The notes: a model not told the origin generated them from the letters alone. A stretch of DNA of 36,830 nucleotides from an uncultured Pirellulaceae bacterium (GCA_947259675.1 CAMYNE010000001.1:2245-39074); one strand, 5' to 3'. Shown: positions 7,831 to 17,800, numbered from the stretch's first letter. Numbers and translations: made by a program.

Positions 7831-10458
7831 CTACGGGCTTAATCGGCACAAGTCGATCTCGGCCGCAATGAAGCCGAATGCTGACCAGTATTTCCCACTA
7901 GTGACTTCCTGAAAAACGGTTTTAGCCGCTTCGATGTCTCCATTTTCCAGGTACCAGTTGCCAACCCCGTATCCATAGGTCGCCAAATCCAGGTCGCGAT
8001 CAGCAGATGATTCTTCAGGAATCAAATCGGTTGGCTTGAGAAGTCCTTTGTACAAGAGTAAGCGTTTGTGATACGCAAAACTTTCGATCAGTTCCATTTC
8101 TGGCGTGACTTCTTCAAGAAGTTTTTGCGCATCGTCGTCCCGGTTCAGCCTGCGTAGAGTCATGTACATCCAATCTAAAGTCGCGACTTTCATATCGTTA
8201 TTTTTACTCGCCGCCAGGCAGTTTTCATAAGCCGCCAGTGCAGCACCATAGTCGCCTTTAAAATAATGGGCTAAACCAAGGTGATACCAGATGTTCGTGT
8301 GTAGCGTGCTGGTTGGGATTCCGGCAGCATTCGGGGCGCCGTCCTGTTCGACTTCGTCATCGGTTCCTTTGATTAGCTCGGCAGCCTTTTCCAAGTCGGC
8401 GATCGCACAATCGAACTGCCGGATCGTAATGTATCGATGGCCACGATGTCGATAGAGGTGAGGGACATTTGGATGAGCATTGATGCCAACCGAAAGAGAG
8501 GCAATCGCCTCATGATAACGCCACAAATACCCCAGTCTTCGGCCAACCCAGATCAGTTTATGCGGGTCGGTCGGGTTTGCATTTGCTTCCTCGATCGCCA
8601 GTGCCAGATCGGCATCCAGCTTCGCAAACCTCTCGGCGTCAAACGTTCTGCGAAGCAGTGGCTTGCCCGTCACCGAACGGGCTTCGACAAACAACGATTG
8701 CATTTGAGTCGCCGCCGGTATTTTTGGAGGTGTGGCCAACGCGCGCCCACCCCGGCGAAGGTCCGCAACTCCAGTTTTGATTCCCGTTGACGGGTCGATT
8801 TCCAGGCTGTGTGCCGATCCCTGACTGCCCGTCAATCGAACTTGATGTCCTTTCGATTTTAGTTCCTCGACCATCGCCAGAAAACTTGAGCTTTCCCGCG
8901 ATTCAATTCTTAGTTCGTCAGGCAGCCATTGGTGATGAAACCGCGGAGCATCGATCGCGTCGGCTAACGTGCGGTCATGCACAAGTCGCTGAAGCAGGAT
9001 TCCAATCGTCGTATTAATGATTGTTCGTCCACCCGGACTGCCAGTCGCCAACATGACTTTGCCGTCACGTTTAACGATGGTAGGCGACATCGAGCTGAGC
9101 ATGCGTTTGCGGGGCTCGACAAGGTTGGCCTTTGTTCCGATTCTTCCTTTGAGGTTGGTGTAGCCCGGATACCAGTTGAAGTCGCCCATTTCGTTATTAA
9201 GTACGGCACCGGTTCCCGGGGCAATCACTCTTGCGCCCCAGCTGGCTTCCAATGTGTACGTGTTTGACACGGCCATTCCACTTTCGTCGACTACGGAAAA
9301 ATGAGTCGTATTTGGGCTCTCATACTCGCCCTCAGCGAGAGCGATCTCACCCGCGAGGTCACGGCTGTTGGTTGCACGATCCCGGAGTACGCTTGAGGCT
9401 AGTTTTTTTGCAAATTCTTTCGACGTAAGGTGCGATGGGATTTCAACAAAATCGGAATCGCCAAGATGCGCGGCGCGCTCACGAAAGGCGCGACGCATGG
9501 CTTCGGCTACCAGATGCATTTGCTGACCGTTCCAATCGGCGTCGCCAGCGGATTGAAACCCCAATTCATCAAGGATATTCAGCCCGAGGGTAATCGTTAT
9601 CCCGGCCGAAGAGGGCGGAGGAGCGCCAAATACTTGATAGCCTCGAAACTCTGTTTTAATCGCCGGTCTAATTATGGCTTTGTAGTCTCGCAAGTCTTCC
9701 ACCGATATGAGTCCACCGCTGTTCTGCATAAAGTCAACTAGCAGCCTGCTGGTTTGACCCGTATAGAATTCATCGGGCCCGCTTGTAGCAATCCGATCCA
9801 GCGTGTTGGCAAGATCCACAAGTTGTATCGTATCGCCCTCCATCCATCGCCGGTTGTCATTGCGTCCGTAAACTCGATGTAGCTCTTGATTAAGTTCCGC
9901 GTTATCTGATTTGCCCGCCCGGATTACCGAGTTGATGGATTCTGCGAGAAAGGCGTCGATGACAAACCCGTTGCGCGCCATTTTTGCGGCCGGCATTATT
10001 AAGTCGGCCCAGGGTAGCTTGCCGTATTTTTCATGAGCCAAAGCTAGGCCACGTACCGTTCCTGGCACGCCAACCATCCGCGAATCGTGACGACTTTTTT
10101 GATTCACAAACGTCATCTTGTTTGCAGCCGCAGGAGCCGTTTCGCGATAGTCCACGCAGACCACCTCGTCAGTATCGGTCGGCGCGATCATCATGAATCC
10201 TCCGCCACCAATATTACCTGCTTCCGGCCAGGTGACGGCGAGCGCAAATGCGGTCGCGATCGCACCGTCGACAGCGTTGCCTCCTTTGGACATGATGTCG
10301 CACCCAATCTGACTGGCATACTCGGAATTACTCGTTACCAACCCACCCCTTGTTTGCACGACCTCGACACGACGTTGCAGATCAGCTTGTTGGGCCAGTC
10401 CAAGCGAACCAAGAAGTCCCAGAATCAGAGCCAATGCCGATGTTCTTTGTCGAATCAT
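7831..10458 (-). CDS. ggt: Gamma-glutamyltranspeptidase with C-terminal TPR domain (fusion)
   Basis: Signal peptide, GGNAVDGAIA, NIGGGGF, DYRETAP, autocleavage site N-TTHFSVVD, NNEMGDF, SSMSP, GSPGG and PRFHHQW. About 290 additional aa of TPR-like repeats follow (7831-8703). The ORF is open from 10482; ATG 10458 is preferred. Confidence 0.92.
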   Translation of the reverse strand: MIRQRTSALALILGLLGSLGLAQQADLQRRVEVVQTRGGLVTSNSEYASQIGCDIMSKGGNAVDGAIATAFALAVTWPEAGNIGGGGFMMIAPTDTDEVVCVDYRETAPAAANKMTFVNQKSRHDSRMVGVPGTVRGLALAHEKYGKLPWADLIMPAAKMARNGFVIDAFLAESINSVIRAGKSDNAELNQELHRVYGRNDNRRWMEGDTIQLVDLANTLDRIATSGPDEFYTGQTSRLLVDFMQNSGGLISVEDLRDYKAIIRPAIKTEFRGYQVFGAPPPSSAGITITLGLNILDELGFQSAGDADWNGQQMHLVAEAMRRAFRERAAHLGDSDFVEIPSHLTSKEFAKKLASSVLRDRATNSRDLAGEIALAEGEYESPNTTHFSVVDESGMAVSNTYTLEASWGARVIAPGTGAVLNNEMGDFNWYPGYTNLKGRIGTKANLVEPRKRMLSSMSPTIVKRDGKVMLATGSPGGRTIINTTIGILLQRLVHDRTLADAIDAPRFHHQWLPDELRIESRESSSFLAMVEELKSKGHQVRLTGSQGSAHSLEIDPSTGIKTGVADLRRGGRALATPPKIPAATQMQSLFVEARSVTGKPLLRRTFDAERFAKLDADLALAIEEANANPTDPHKLIWVGRRLGYLWRYHEAIASLSVGINAHPNVPHLYRHRGHRYITIRQFDCAIADLEKAAELIKGTDDEVEQDGAPNAAGIPTSTLHTNIWYHLGLAHYFKGDYGAALAAYENCLAASKNNDMKVATLDWMYMTLRRLNRDDDAQKLLEEVTPEMELIESFAYHKRLLLYKGLLKPTDLIPEESSADRDLDLATYGYGVGNWYLENGDIEAAKTVFQEVTSGKYWSAFGFIAAEIDLCRLSP

Positions 10459-10696
10459 TAAATTCTTCCTGGTAGGGTGCACAGCAAATTCAGTCGAACA
10501 CGCAAAACAGTCTGCCAGATTGTCAATACGGACGATCAGGCAGCAGCCTGTTCTACCTGCTGCGAGCTGTTTGAGAATGCTACATCATAATCGGTGAATT
10601 TAACCGTTGTCCAACTTAAAGCCTCGACAAACGGTGACACATTTTCTAGTTTGGTAAGCTTGAAATCATGTAGCAAGTTCGGAACGGCGCGGCGAT

Positions 10697-12211
10697 ATGC
10701 TTAAGACTTTGTATCAATGGATGTTCAAGTTCATTGGGATTCAGAAACTTTACCGGAAAGTTGTCACTCAAGATCGACTTACGAATATCCGGCCTCAGAT
10801 TCGCAAAGACATCGAACATTTGTTGACCACGGCAAATGAAGAATGCTCCTTTTTCAATGGCAGGTTCACTGATTTTCTGGCTGCCAATGAAAACGTTGAG
10901 GATGATATTTTTTTCGAAGCCTACGCACAATTGCCAACGTTTTCAAAAGAAGACTATGCCAACGCCGGTCAAACCGTCATGAACAAAGATTGGTCTTTGG
11001 TTGACCCGAAGTCAAAAGAACTTCAAGTCGAAGGGAGACCGCTTGAATCGCTTCGGCGATTGAGACAAGGTGACTACATGATGCATATGGCAACGGGCGG
11101 ATCAACTTCGTTGCCGCTTGTCGTGCACATGACCAAGCATCACATGTTTTCAATGCTGTTCACTTTTTTTAAATGTTGGTATCGAATGGGATGGCGGCCG
11201 GGTGAAAGAATACTCGTCTTTTATCCGAAGAACACCTACAACATCGATGACATGGTCAAGTTCAATCCGTACAGCAAATGGGTTGGGTTCCGCTACCATT
11301 TGTTCGACAAGGTCGACGAGGAAGCTGTGCGCGGGTTGGTCGACGACATCAACTCCTACAAACCCAAACTGTTGCTCGCGTTCCCTTCGCCAATGAACAT
11401 GATCGCGCATACGATTCGCAAGTGTCGACTTGAACTCAAACATCATCCGGAATTAATCAATGTCAGTGGCGAAACTTTTTTCGACTGTCAACGCAAAAAT
11501 ATCGAAAGCGTCTTTTCAAACAGCAAGATCGAAGACTCGTATGGTTCGGTAGAACTTGGTGAACTCGCGCACGAAACGAAAGGCGGGCTCGAGATATTTG
11601 CCGACGTCGCCTATGTCGAAACTGAACCCAATGAAACGGGTCAGCCTGAGATGATCATCACCCGATTGAAACTGACCGATTTTCCTTTCATCCGGTACAA
11701 GATGAAAGATATTGCCGATGTTCGATTTCGCCGAGAACCCGATGGCACCGAACGATATGTCATCACCAAAATCGAAGGGAAAGACTCCAATTACATTATG
11801 TCCGACAGTGGAGAACGATTTTATCCTTCCTTTTTCAATGAATTTGTCAACGAATTGAATGAGTCCGTCGACGATTCGATTCTGGAAATCAAGGTGTACG
11901 AACGTGGACAAACGGAACTTGAACTTCAATATATTCTCCGTGATGAACGATTTGCCGCCAAAGTTGAAGCGGAGTCGATTCGACTGCTTTCCGAACACAT
12001 GAGCGACCAGATGGAGTACCGAGTTAGCTTCGTTGATTACATCGACCATGATTATCGCCGTAAGTACCGTGTGATCGAACGCATTGGTGATATCGAATTC
12101 GCGGGCGGAATGGTTGGCGACGACAAGAAGTTATCCGCGGTCGAAGAGATCGTTGCCGAGGCGGCAAATGTTGAAGCCGTGACAACCGCGAAAATGGAAG
12201 CCCATACGTAG
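10697..12211 (+). CDS. Phenylacetate-CoA ligase/CapK-like adenylate-forming enzyme
   Basis: P-loop-like ATGGSTSLP, plus SGE, YGSVELG, FPFIRYKMKD and IEGK motifs of the PaaK/CapK family. Substrate unknown. Confidence 0.78.
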   Translation: MLKTLYQWMFKFIGIQKLYRKVVTQDRLTNIRPQIRKDIEHLLTTANEECSFFNGRFTDFLAANENVEDDIFFEAYAQLPTFSKEDYANAGQTVMNKDWSLVDPKSKELQVEGRPLESLRRLRQGDYMMHMATGGSTSLPLVVHMTKHHMFSMLFTFFKCWYRMGWRPGERILVFYPKNTYNIDDMVKFNPYSKWVGFRYHLFDKVDEEAVRGLVDDINSYKPKLLLAFPSPMNMIAHTIRKCRLELKHHPELINVSGETFFDCQRKNIESVFSNSKIEDSYGSVELGELAHETKGGLEIFADVAYVETEPNETGQPEMIITRLKLTDFPFIRYKMKDIADVRFRREPDGTERYVITKIEGKDSNYIMSDSGERFYPSFFNEFVNELNESVDDSILEIKVYERGQTELELQYILRDERFAAKVEAESIRLLSEHMSDQMEYRVSFVDYIDHDYRRKYRVIERIGDIEFAGGMVGDDKKLSAVEEIVAEAANVEAVTTAKMEAHT

Positions 12212-12235
12212 TAAATGAGTCTTGCTCAGATTCGT

Positions 12236-12535
12236 TTAGCCCGGGACAGAGATCGAGGAAACGTCTATCTGCTCGGTTCGATCGGCACGCCATCGAGCGA
12301 TCCGCTGGAGGTGATTTTTACTCGGAGCACTGGAATCTCCGGTTGCCCTTACGTTTTTTATTGAATCCAAAGTTCCACGACCGGGTTCTGTTACACAAAG
12401 AATTCGGTTGTTTAACTTTGCAACAGGACTGTTTGAAACCGGGGATACGGGCCCGGCTTCGTTCGCGGACGAATTGATCGAATTCTCAGTCACCGATGAT
12501 CCAGGGCGTTTTGTTGAGGCAGGAACGGGACTCAT
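12236..12535 (-). CDS. Possible small hypothetical protein
   Basis: 99-aa ATG ORF filling an otherwise empty gap, co-oriented with the upstream genes; no recognisable motif. Confidence 0.25.
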   Translation of the reverse strand: MSPVPASTKRPGSSVTENSINSSANEAGPVSPVSNSPVAKLNNRILCVTEPGRGTLDSIKNVRATGDSSAPSKNHLQRIARWRADRTEQIDVSSISVPG

Positions 12536-12631
12536 GCGAGCGCGCGTTATCTGGTCGGGTACCGTGTTTGGACGGATTCAGCGCTGATGCGCATACGTCG
12601 ACAGACTTGGGTGGGAAGTTATCGGGCCAAA

Positions 12632-13081
12632 CTAAGCCTTCGTATCTAAGCCCATTGAATGGGCTCCATCTCCGGTTTGCTTTTGCGACTCTTTCCAAAG
12701 CCAAAGCAACAGGAGTCCAGCGAGACTAATCGGAACTCCTTCCACGGCCGTCCAATACCAAGGCATTCCCGCATTTAGATCGACTCCCAACATCACCAGC
12801 CCAATGACGACATGAATCCAACCCAATAAAGGCACGAGTGCACCAAGTTCTTTGATTCGCAAGCCCGTCGTCAACATAATTGAACCGTGTACGGCATAGA
12901 GTAGTGATGTCGAGCGGGCAAGATAAATCGTGATCGGCGCGTCCGGAAGATCGCCGAGCCCAAGCCAACCATGCATGGTTGCCATCAGACTAACGGGAAA
13001 AAATACAGGAATAGTCGCGACGAGTAGGCCCGCGCCAATCAGGCAAAGAATACGTTGGAGCCAGATTTTGTAAATATTCAT
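12632..13081 (-). CDS. Hypothetical membrane protein (about 4 TM)
   Basis: Four hydrophobic segments; lies directly downstream of dnaE on the same strand. Confidence 0.75.
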   Translation of the reverse strand: MNIYKIWLQRILCLIGAGLLVATIPVFFPVSLMATMHGWLGLGDLPDAPITIYLARSTSLLYAVHGSIMLTTGLRIKELGALVPLLGWIHVVIGLVMLGVDLNAGMPWYWTAVEGVPISLAGLLLLWLWKESQKQTGDGAHSMGLDTKA

Positions 13082-13137
13082 ATCGAGATTTCAGTGATCG
13101 AGACGAATGATTGGAAACAAACGCCGCGTTACGCGGT

Positions 13138-16100
13138 CTAACTGCGGCTGTACTGTCCGCGTTGACGTACGGGAGCCTTCGCAGATAAGCCTTTTTGATC
13201 GATCAGCATTTCCAGCGAACTGTTGCCCAACAGATCTCGCAGACGCGAACAAAGTTGTTCGTTGACCTCAACTCGTTTGTTGGATTCCATTTGCACCCGC
13301 ATCCCGTCATCCAATATCAGCTCTATCTCAAGTTTGCGATTTCCCGGGTAACCTCGAATGATCTCATAAGCTTGCTTCAAACCATTTTCGCCATGGTTGT
13401 GCTGATCAATCAGAACCTTGATTCCCGTCGTCAAATTTTGACCAATCTCGTCGATTGGAATGACTTTATCGACGATCAAGTTCGCTTCATCACCACCGCG
13501 CCGGTCAATGGATCCCTGAACCAGTACGATCGCATCTGGCAATACGAGGTGTCCCTGCAGCGCGAACTGATCGGGCCACATTATGCATCGGATTGCGCCA
13601 GCAACATCTTCCAGATCAAACATGACGTATTTGGTTGGCGAGTTCGCATCTCGCACTCGTTTGACATGTGAATGTTTGATGGCGACCATCATTCCGCCCA
13701 TCGTCACACGGTCTCGATCGCCAGTTGTTCCGATGCCCGCGGTTTTGTGAGAACAATACTTTTCCAAAAGTTGTTGATGTTGCGCCAGTGGATGACTGGA
13801 AAGATAGAATCCCAAGACTTCCTTTTCATTTGAAAGCGATTCAAGTTCTTCCCATTTGGGAACCTGGGGCATGTCGGCGGTCGTCTTTTCTTCATTCTCG
13901 TCGTCATCGGCTCCGAACAGGCTCTTTTGGCCGCTTTTTTTGTCTGCGAGAATCGCTGCCCCGGACTGCATGGCTCGGTCGACGCAAGCGATGAGTTGAG
14001 CCCGGTGTCCGCCAAAACAATCCATTGCCCCCGCTTTGATCAGCGTTTCAATCGACGAACGACTGCACGATGTCGATTCGATTCTCTCGCAAAAATCGAA
14101 AAGATCTGTAAAGGGACCGTTCTCTTTACGTTCCTTAACGATTGCGGCGGCAGCACTAGTTCCACAACCCTTGATCGCCGACAAAGCGAAATGGATTTTG
14201 CCGTCGGCAACGACAAAGTTTACGCCCGAAGAGTTGACACTCGGTGGCACCGTTTCGATTTCCATTCGCTGGCAATCTTCCAAGTGCTCAACGAGTGAAT
14301 CCTTGCGGGTGAAGTTCCGATCGGGAATATCGCCGGTCAGCAATGCGGCCATAAACTCCACGGGGTAATGCGTTTTCAAAAAAGCGGTCTGCATTGCCAA
14401 ATAGGCATAGGCCGTCGAATGGCTCTTGTTAAAACCATAACCCGCGAACTTGAGAATCATTTCCCAGAGGTTTTGGGCCTCGCCCTTTTTCATCCCTTGT
14501 TCCTGGGAACCGGTCATGAATTGCTCGTAGTTTTGAGCGATCAGTGTTTCTTTCTTTTTGCTGATCGCTTTAATGCAGGTGTAGGCAGCGGCGAGCGGAA
14601 TCTTGCCGAGGCGATTCAGGATCTGCATTACCTGTTCCTGATAGACCATGACACCATGGGTTTCCTCAGTGATTTCCTTGAGAACCGGATGTTTGTATTC
14701 TGCCGGTCGCCGCCCGTTTTTGACCTCCACGTACTGCTGGACCATTCCGCCCTCGAGTGGCCCTGGCCGATACAACGCATTGGTCGCAATGATGTCACGG
14801 AAATGATCAGGTTTCATCTTTTGCAGAAGGTCTCGAATGCCGCCGGACTCCAACTGAAATATTCCTTTTGTTTCACCCCGTTGCAATGTCTTGAATGTTG
14901 CTTCATCTGCGGTCGGGATCTTTAGCGGGTCAATTCGTTCACCCGTTGTCTGTTCGATCAGGTCGACGGCGTGACTGAGAATCGTAAGATTTCGCAACCC
15001 GAGAAAATCCATCTTGAGTAGACCGGCGGCTTCCACATCATTCATCGACCATTGGGTGATGACATCGTCTTTACCAGCGACTCGGCTGAGCGGCACGTAT
15101 TCAGTCAACGGTTTATCGCCAATCACGACGGCTGCCGCATGGGTGCCAACGTTTCTGCAGAGACCTTCCAGTTTTCTCGCGAAGTCGATCATCTCCTGAA
15201 CCTCTGGATCGCCTTCATAGGCCTGTCGGAGTTCGTCACTCTGTTCGAGTGCCTTGTCGAGCGAAATACCAAGTACGTCAGGGATCATTCCTGTGATCTG
15301 ATTGACGCGGGCGAGCGGAATTCCCAACACACGACCAACATCCTTAATCGCGGCCCGGGCCTTCATCGTTCCGAAGGTGCCGATTTGAGCGACACTATCT
15401 TCGCCGTATTTGTCTTTAACATAGCGAATGATCTCGCCGCGGCGTTCTTTGCAAAAGTCAATATCGATATCGGGCGCTTCTAAACGGTTTTCATCGAGAA
15501 AGCGCTCGAACAGCAACCCGTATTGAATCGGGCAAACGTGACTGAGGTAAAGCGCATAGCAAACAATTGCACCAACACCGCTTCCACGGGCGGTGGCAGG
15601 GATATCCCGCCGTCGCGCCTGTTCGACAAAGTCCCAGCAGATCAGGAAATAGTTGGCGAAACCGAGCTTGTTGATCACTCCCAGTTCACGATCGAGCCGG
15701 TCCTGAACAACGGTAGCAAGCTGCCCACTGGGGCACATTTCTTCATTGCCCTCGTACCGTTCTCGAAGCCCTTGCTCGCACAATTGCCGCAACTTGTCTT
15801 CGGGTGTGTCGTTTTCAGCGACCTGAAAAACGGGGAAATGCCGCTTACCCAGTTCCAGTTCGATGTGAACGGAATCAGCAATCTCCTGGCTGCGAGCAAC
15901 CGTATCCTCCAGCCCGGGAAACTTGGCGTACATCTCTTCTTGGGAACGCAGGTAATACTCGTCTCCATCCATTCTCATACGGTGTTGATCCGTGCGGAAC
16001 TTGCCCGTATTAATGCACAACATGACGTCCTGAACTTCAGAGTCACCTTTTTCGACGTAGTGACAATCGCTGGTTGCCACCAGGGGCACGCCAATTCGAT

Positions 16101-16707
16101 TGGCTACATCGACGGATCCTTCAAGGGCAATCCGCTGAATCTCGATTCCATTGTTCATGATTTCGATGAAGTACCGATCGCCGAAAACTTTTTGAAACCA
16201 GGAGGCAATGTTGGCCGCAGTCTTCAGATGATCCTCAGCCCCATTTCCACCGGCATTCAGAATCGCGCGGTTGAATTCGCTTGAAACACAACCACTCAAA
16301 CAGATAATACCTTCACTGTGCGCTTCAAGTAATTCCTTATCAATGCGAGGTTTGAAGTAGAAACCGTCAAGACTCGCAACAGATGCCATTTTGACAAGGT
16401 TATTAAATCCCGTGGCGTTCTGACAAAGGAGGGTCAAATGATAGGTTGAATCACGGGATCCATCCCCTTTTTTCTTGTGACTTCCGGCAGCGATATAAGC
16501 CTCGTAACCGATGATGGGATTGAGATCGTGCTTCTTTGCGGTTTGGTAAAACTCAAGCGCGCCATGAAGATTTCCATGGTCGGTGATTGCCAGCGAGTCC
16601 ATTCCATAGGAAACCGCCTTTTCTACCAGCCTCGGAATTGAACTGGCTCCGTCCAGCAGGCTGTAATGACTGTGGCAATGAAGATGAACAAAAGGTCGTT
16701 CAGACAT
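13138..16707 (-). CDS. dnaE: DNA polymerase III alpha subunit (DnaE1 type)
   Basis: PHP motif HLHCHSHYSLLDG, RGSG, catalytic PDIDIDF and KMDFLGL, YGFNKSH, clamp-binding QKSLF and an OB fold. 1189 aa with no intein-sized insertion. Confidence 0.98.
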   Translation of the reverse strand: MSERPFVHLHCHSHYSLLDGASSIPRLVEKAVSYGMDSLAITDHGNLHGALEFYQTAKKHDLNPIIGYEAYIAAGSHKKKGDGSRDSTYHLTLLCQNATGFNNLVKMASVASLDGFYFKPRIDKELLEAHSEGIICLSGCVSSEFNRAILNAGGNGAEDHLKTAANIASWFQKVFGDRYFIEIMNNGIEIQRIALEGSVDVANRIGVPLVATSDCHYVEKGDSEVQDVMLCINTGKFRTDQHRMRMDGDEYYLRSQEEMYAKFPGLEDTVARSQEIADSVHIELELGKRHFPVFQVAENDTPEDKLRQLCEQGLRERYEGNEEMCPSGQLATVVQDRLDRELGVINKLGFANYFLICWDFVEQARRRDIPATARGSGVGAIVCYALYLSHVCPIQYGLLFERFLDENRLEAPDIDIDFCKERRGEIIRYVKDKYGEDSVAQIGTFGTMKARAAIKDVGRVLGIPLARVNQITGMIPDVLGISLDKALEQSDELRQAYEGDPEVQEMIDFARKLEGLCRNVGTHAAAVVIGDKPLTEYVPLSRVAGKDDVITQWSMNDVEAAGLLKMDFLGLRNLTILSHAVDLIEQTTGERIDPLKIPTADEATFKTLQRGETKGIFQLESGGIRDLLQKMKPDHFRDIIATNALYRPGPLEGGMVQQYVEVKNGRRPAEYKHPVLKEITEETHGVMVYQEQVMQILNRLGKIPLAAAYTCIKAISKKKETLIAQNYEQFMTGSQEQGMKKGEAQNLWEMILKFAGYGFNKSHSTAYAYLAMQTAFLKTHYPVEFMAALLTGDIPDRNFTRKDSLVEHLEDCQRMEIETVPPSVNSSGVNFVVADGKIHFALSAIKGCGTSAAAAIVKERKENGPFTDLFDFCERIESTSCSRSSIETLIKAGAMDCFGGHRAQLIACVDRAMQSGAAILADKKSGQKSLFGADDDENEEKTTADMPQVPKWEELESLSNEKEVLGFYLSSHPLAQHQQLLEKYCSHKTAGIGTTGDRDRVTMGGMMVAIKHSHVKRVRDANSPTKYVMFDLEDVAGAIRCIMWPDQFALQGHLVLPDAIVLVQGSIDRRGGDEANLIVDKVIPIDEIGQNLTTGIKVLIDQHNHGENGLKQAYEIIRGYPGNRKLEIELILDDGMRVQMESNKRVEVNEQLCSRLRDLLGNSSLEMLIDQKGLSAKAPVRQRGQYSRS

Positions 16708-17053
16708 TCTTTTTGCTTTCCTTGCGATTTCGAGTTTGTATAGGTTTCAGAACCAACTTTTTTCGAAGTTTTGTACGACGGGGAACGGTAATTCCAACAA
16801 GTCCAAAAAATCCGTTTTTGCCTGTTCTGGCAGCAATTGCATTACCCAACGCCAATGCTCGATTCTAAGACGTTTTGGGGCGGTTGCCTATTGATCGATC
16901 GACCCAATTCTGGATATGGAAATGAGCTGGCTTTTGAGCGGATGAGAATTGGGTCAAATCGACCCGCACCCTAAAATCACAACCTATACTCCTGTTGAAC
17001 AAAGACTCTCTTCCTCAATTCTTTTCGGATTTTCAGTTTGCCGGCCAGAACCC

Positions 17054-17800
17054 ATGAATTGCGATCCTATGCCAATTGAAGCCAGATCGTTTCCAACAAA
17101 CGAAGTTGTGCCGCCGAGTTCCGCTCAGCTCGAAAAGATCGTGGACAGTCTCGAGTTTCTTATCAATATCCAAATTGAGCGGGATGAAACCGAACAAAAG
17201 GCGCTGGCTTCAATCGAAGCTGAACTTGTCGCTTTACGTGAAGCTGTTTCTGAATTGCAATTCAATCAGCGGGAAGCTCAGGACGTCAACCCAACTACCG
17301 GATATGCCGAAGCCAAGAACAGCATCCTCGCACAATACGGCTTACTCGATGAATCTGACGAGTGTCACTCGGAATTAGACCCAATCATTGCGACAGTGCC
17401 GGATGTCATAGAACTAAGCGAGGCTCCGGTCGAAAAAGTTGATAACGAGCTGACTATTCCTATGACGGAACAAGACGCTGCCGACGTCGCAAAACTCAAA
17501 GATGAGCTCCGACAAAAACTTCGCGATGCCGAGGTCGAAATGTCGATCAGACGAGCCAAATTGATACAGCAAAAAGCTGACTACGAAGAACGAGAAGCAC
17601 AATTGATACGTGCCCAACGTCTTAAGAACAATCTCGAATCCGATCACGCCGACAAACGGCAGGGAATTCTCACGCGACTCAAACGACAGCTCCGGGGAAT
17701 CAAGAATCCCCAGCCGAATGTTGTTAACGATACAGAGCCTGAACAGGGTCCTGAATTGGAAGATAAGTCCACTCAGGGTGAATCAGAAATGGCCGACTAA
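17054..17800 (+). CDS. Hypothetical acidic coiled-coil protein
   Basis: Two heptad-rich segments (e.g. LKDELRQKLRDAEVEMSIRRAKLIQQKADYEE). The ORF is open from 16949; the true start is uncertain (ATG 17054 or 17069). Confidence 0.65.
   Translation: MNCDPMPIEARSFPTNEVVPPSSAQLEKIVDSLEFLINIQIERDETEQKALASIEAELVALREAVSELQFNQREAQDVNPTTGYAEAKNSILAQYGLLDESDECHSELDPIIATVPDVIELSEAPVEKVDNELTIPMTEQDAADVAKLKDELRQKLRDAEVEMSIRRAKLIQQKADYEEREAQLIRAQRLKNNLESDHADKRQGILTRLKRQLRGIKNPQPNVVNDTEPEQGPELEDKSTQGESEMAD

Noticed and set aside
7831-7833. Pyrrolysine recoding of the ggt amber codon
   Set aside because: No pyl genes in the window, the TPR domain appears to end naturally here, and the downstream peptide is an incomplete domain.
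13195-16284. Several long plus-strand ORFs (up to 253 aa) opposite dnaE
   Set aside because: Antisense shadows arising from codon bias; no recognisable domains.
13138-16707. Possible intein or split in dnaE
   Set aside because: Length and motif spacing are normal, with no intein-sized insertion.
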